IMG/VR virus record: IMGVR_UViG_3300032227_000337
Span: 1-44,270 of that record
Strand: one strand, 5' to 3'
Source: a virus
Lineage: Duplodnaviria; Caudoviricetes
DNA length: 44,270 bases
Positions 43,049 through 44,270 of the stretch are shown here, one piece after another. The position numbers and the translations under genes are program-made. Each line of letters opens with the position of its first letter. Position 1 is the stretch's first letter. The notes beneath the pieces are model-generated. The model made no database searches and was not told where the DNA came from. It saw nothing but the letters and a program-made list of their open reading frames with translations.

Positions 43049-44270
43049 TTAGGCTTGTGTGACGCCGAGAGCGCCAGTACGGGTTGAGTTCGGACCAACA
43101 GCGATCGCTGGCAGCAAGATTCCCATTACGGTGCGAACAATACCATTTGACGCAGTAACAGGCACATAAGTCCCACGCACGTCACCAGTAGTGGTCGTTG
43201 CGGTTGCAGTGTCAGCGGCAGTAAATTGACCGCTATCTTGCGCCAAAGCGTTGTTGCTCTTGACGCTTGCAACGTAAGCCACGTTTGCGACTCGAACTGG
43301 AAGGCCAAGCACGTTGGTTGTGCCAACAGTCAAGGCAGTGCCAGTAGCGCCACTCACGCTCACAGAGGTGATGAGGTAGAAGGCTTTCAAACCGCTCACA
43401 GCAGTGCTCACAGCAGCGCTAGAGGTGATTGCCTCGCTCATCGCTTGACCGTAAATGTCAAAACCAGAGACAGTCACAGTCACAGGAGCCACGCCCAAGG
43501 TGTAAGTCAAACCTGTTGGTGTGCCTGCCGTGGTCACCACCGCAGCGCCCGCTGTAGTAGTCAGGGTTGCAGAGGTCGCTGTTACAGCGGTCAGGATGTA
43601 GGTCGTTGGGTCGGTGTAGCCAGTGATGGTACCGGTGCCACCTAAAGTGCCAGAGATTGTCAAACGCTGACCAGTTACCAAGCCAGCTTGCGAGGTGAAG
43701 GTAATCTGACCACCAGTGCCTGCAATCACAACGCTTGCCAATGTTGCAGCAGCGGCAGTTGCAGTCGTTACTCTGACGCCACGAGGAACATCAAGCGAAA
43801 AAGCGGCAGTGCCAGCGACTGTGGTGACTGACTTTACGCTAGTGCCAGCCGTTAACGTCAAGGCGCCCGCGGCGGCAGGAGTTTGTGAGGCGGCAATGTT
43901 GTTTGCAACAGCGGCTTGGGGAACCACATCCCACACATAGATGCGACCCAAGGGGCCAACACCCAAGCTCATTGGGGATGGATTATCAAAAAACTCTAAA
44001 TCATGCAGAGTCAACGCAACAGTGTTTGCGATGTTGATTGCTTGGTTGAGGATATAAGTGCCAGCACCACCAGTGCCAGTACCGAATGCAGTGATGTAAG
44101 TGCCGTCAGTCACGCCTGTGCCATCGACATACATGCCGACGACGATTGGTGCGCCAAAGCCCACAGAGGTGATTGTTAAGGTTGTGGACGAAACGCTACC
44201 AGTACCACCAATTGCAGTAGTCGAATAGTTGCGTAGGCCGGTACCCATGAAAGTTGGTGCAGAACCTAAA
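43049..44270 (-). CDS. Virion structural protein (head decoration/fibre-like), 5'-truncated
   Basis: Thr/Ala/Gly-rich beta protein; the frame stays open upstream of the listed ATG (LGSAPTF-M) to the window edge. Confidence 0.65.
   Translation of the reverse strand, partial: LGSAPTFMGTGLRNYSTTAIGGTGSVSSTTLTITSVGFGAPIVVGMYVDGTGVTDGTYITAFGTGTGGAGTYILNQAINIANTVALTLHDLEFFDNPSPMSLGVGPLGRIYVWDVVPQAAVANNIAASQTPAAAGALTLTAGTSVKSVTTVAGTAAFSLDVPRGVRVTTATAAAATLASVVIAGTGGQITFTSQAGLVTGQRLTISGTLGGTGTITGYTDPTTYILTAVTATSATLTTTAGAAVVTTAGTPTGLTYTLGVAPVTVTVSGFDIYGQAMSEAITSSAAVSTAVSGLKAFYLITSVSVSGATGTALTVGTTNVLGLPVRVANVAYVASVKSNNALAQDSGQFTAADTATATTTTGDVRGTYVPVTASNGIVRTVMGILLPAIAVGPNSTRTGALGVTQA

Noticed and set aside
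1-44270. tRNA, rRNA, integrase/att sites or alternative genetic code
   Set aside because: No cloverleaf, rRNA-like or recombinase motifs were recognised by eye, and the genes read through normally in the standard code. tRNAscan was not run.

Overview
The window is most of the genome of a tailed dsDNA phage with podovirus-like virion genes. Portal, major capsid, integrase and DNA polymerase genes are not visible, and both ends fall inside genes of the minus-strand late operon, so the missing head genes probably lie just outside. From left to right: an unlisted multi-domain protein of at least 696 aa that runs off the left edge, TerL and TerS (-); a two-gene early cassette (+); an iteron-like origin, primase-helicase and Cro-like repressor (-); a rightward operon for recombination, DNA modification and helicase (AAA ATPase, SSB-like, QueD-like, DpdA-like, Cas4-like nuclease, split C5 methyltransferase, SF2 helicase, VRR-NUC, Arc-like); about 16 small accessory genes; and a minus-strand block of ejection, tail, lysis and head-associated genes with two GIY-YIG homing endonucleases. 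Strongest leads: (1) a [hydrophobic]-[A/K]-x-G-G motif occurs about 17 times in four late proteins, several copies sit at apparent module boundaries, and pairs bracket a JAB/JAMM-type protease domain, suggesting a di-glycine polyprotein-processing or cargo system; (2) the methyltransferase is broken by a G12 tract and carries a nested +1-frame ORF; (3) a small early gene resembles a major-capsid fragment; (4) the rightward operons share a covarying leader hairpin and promoter motif. All family assignments come from motif recognition by eye; no database searches were run.
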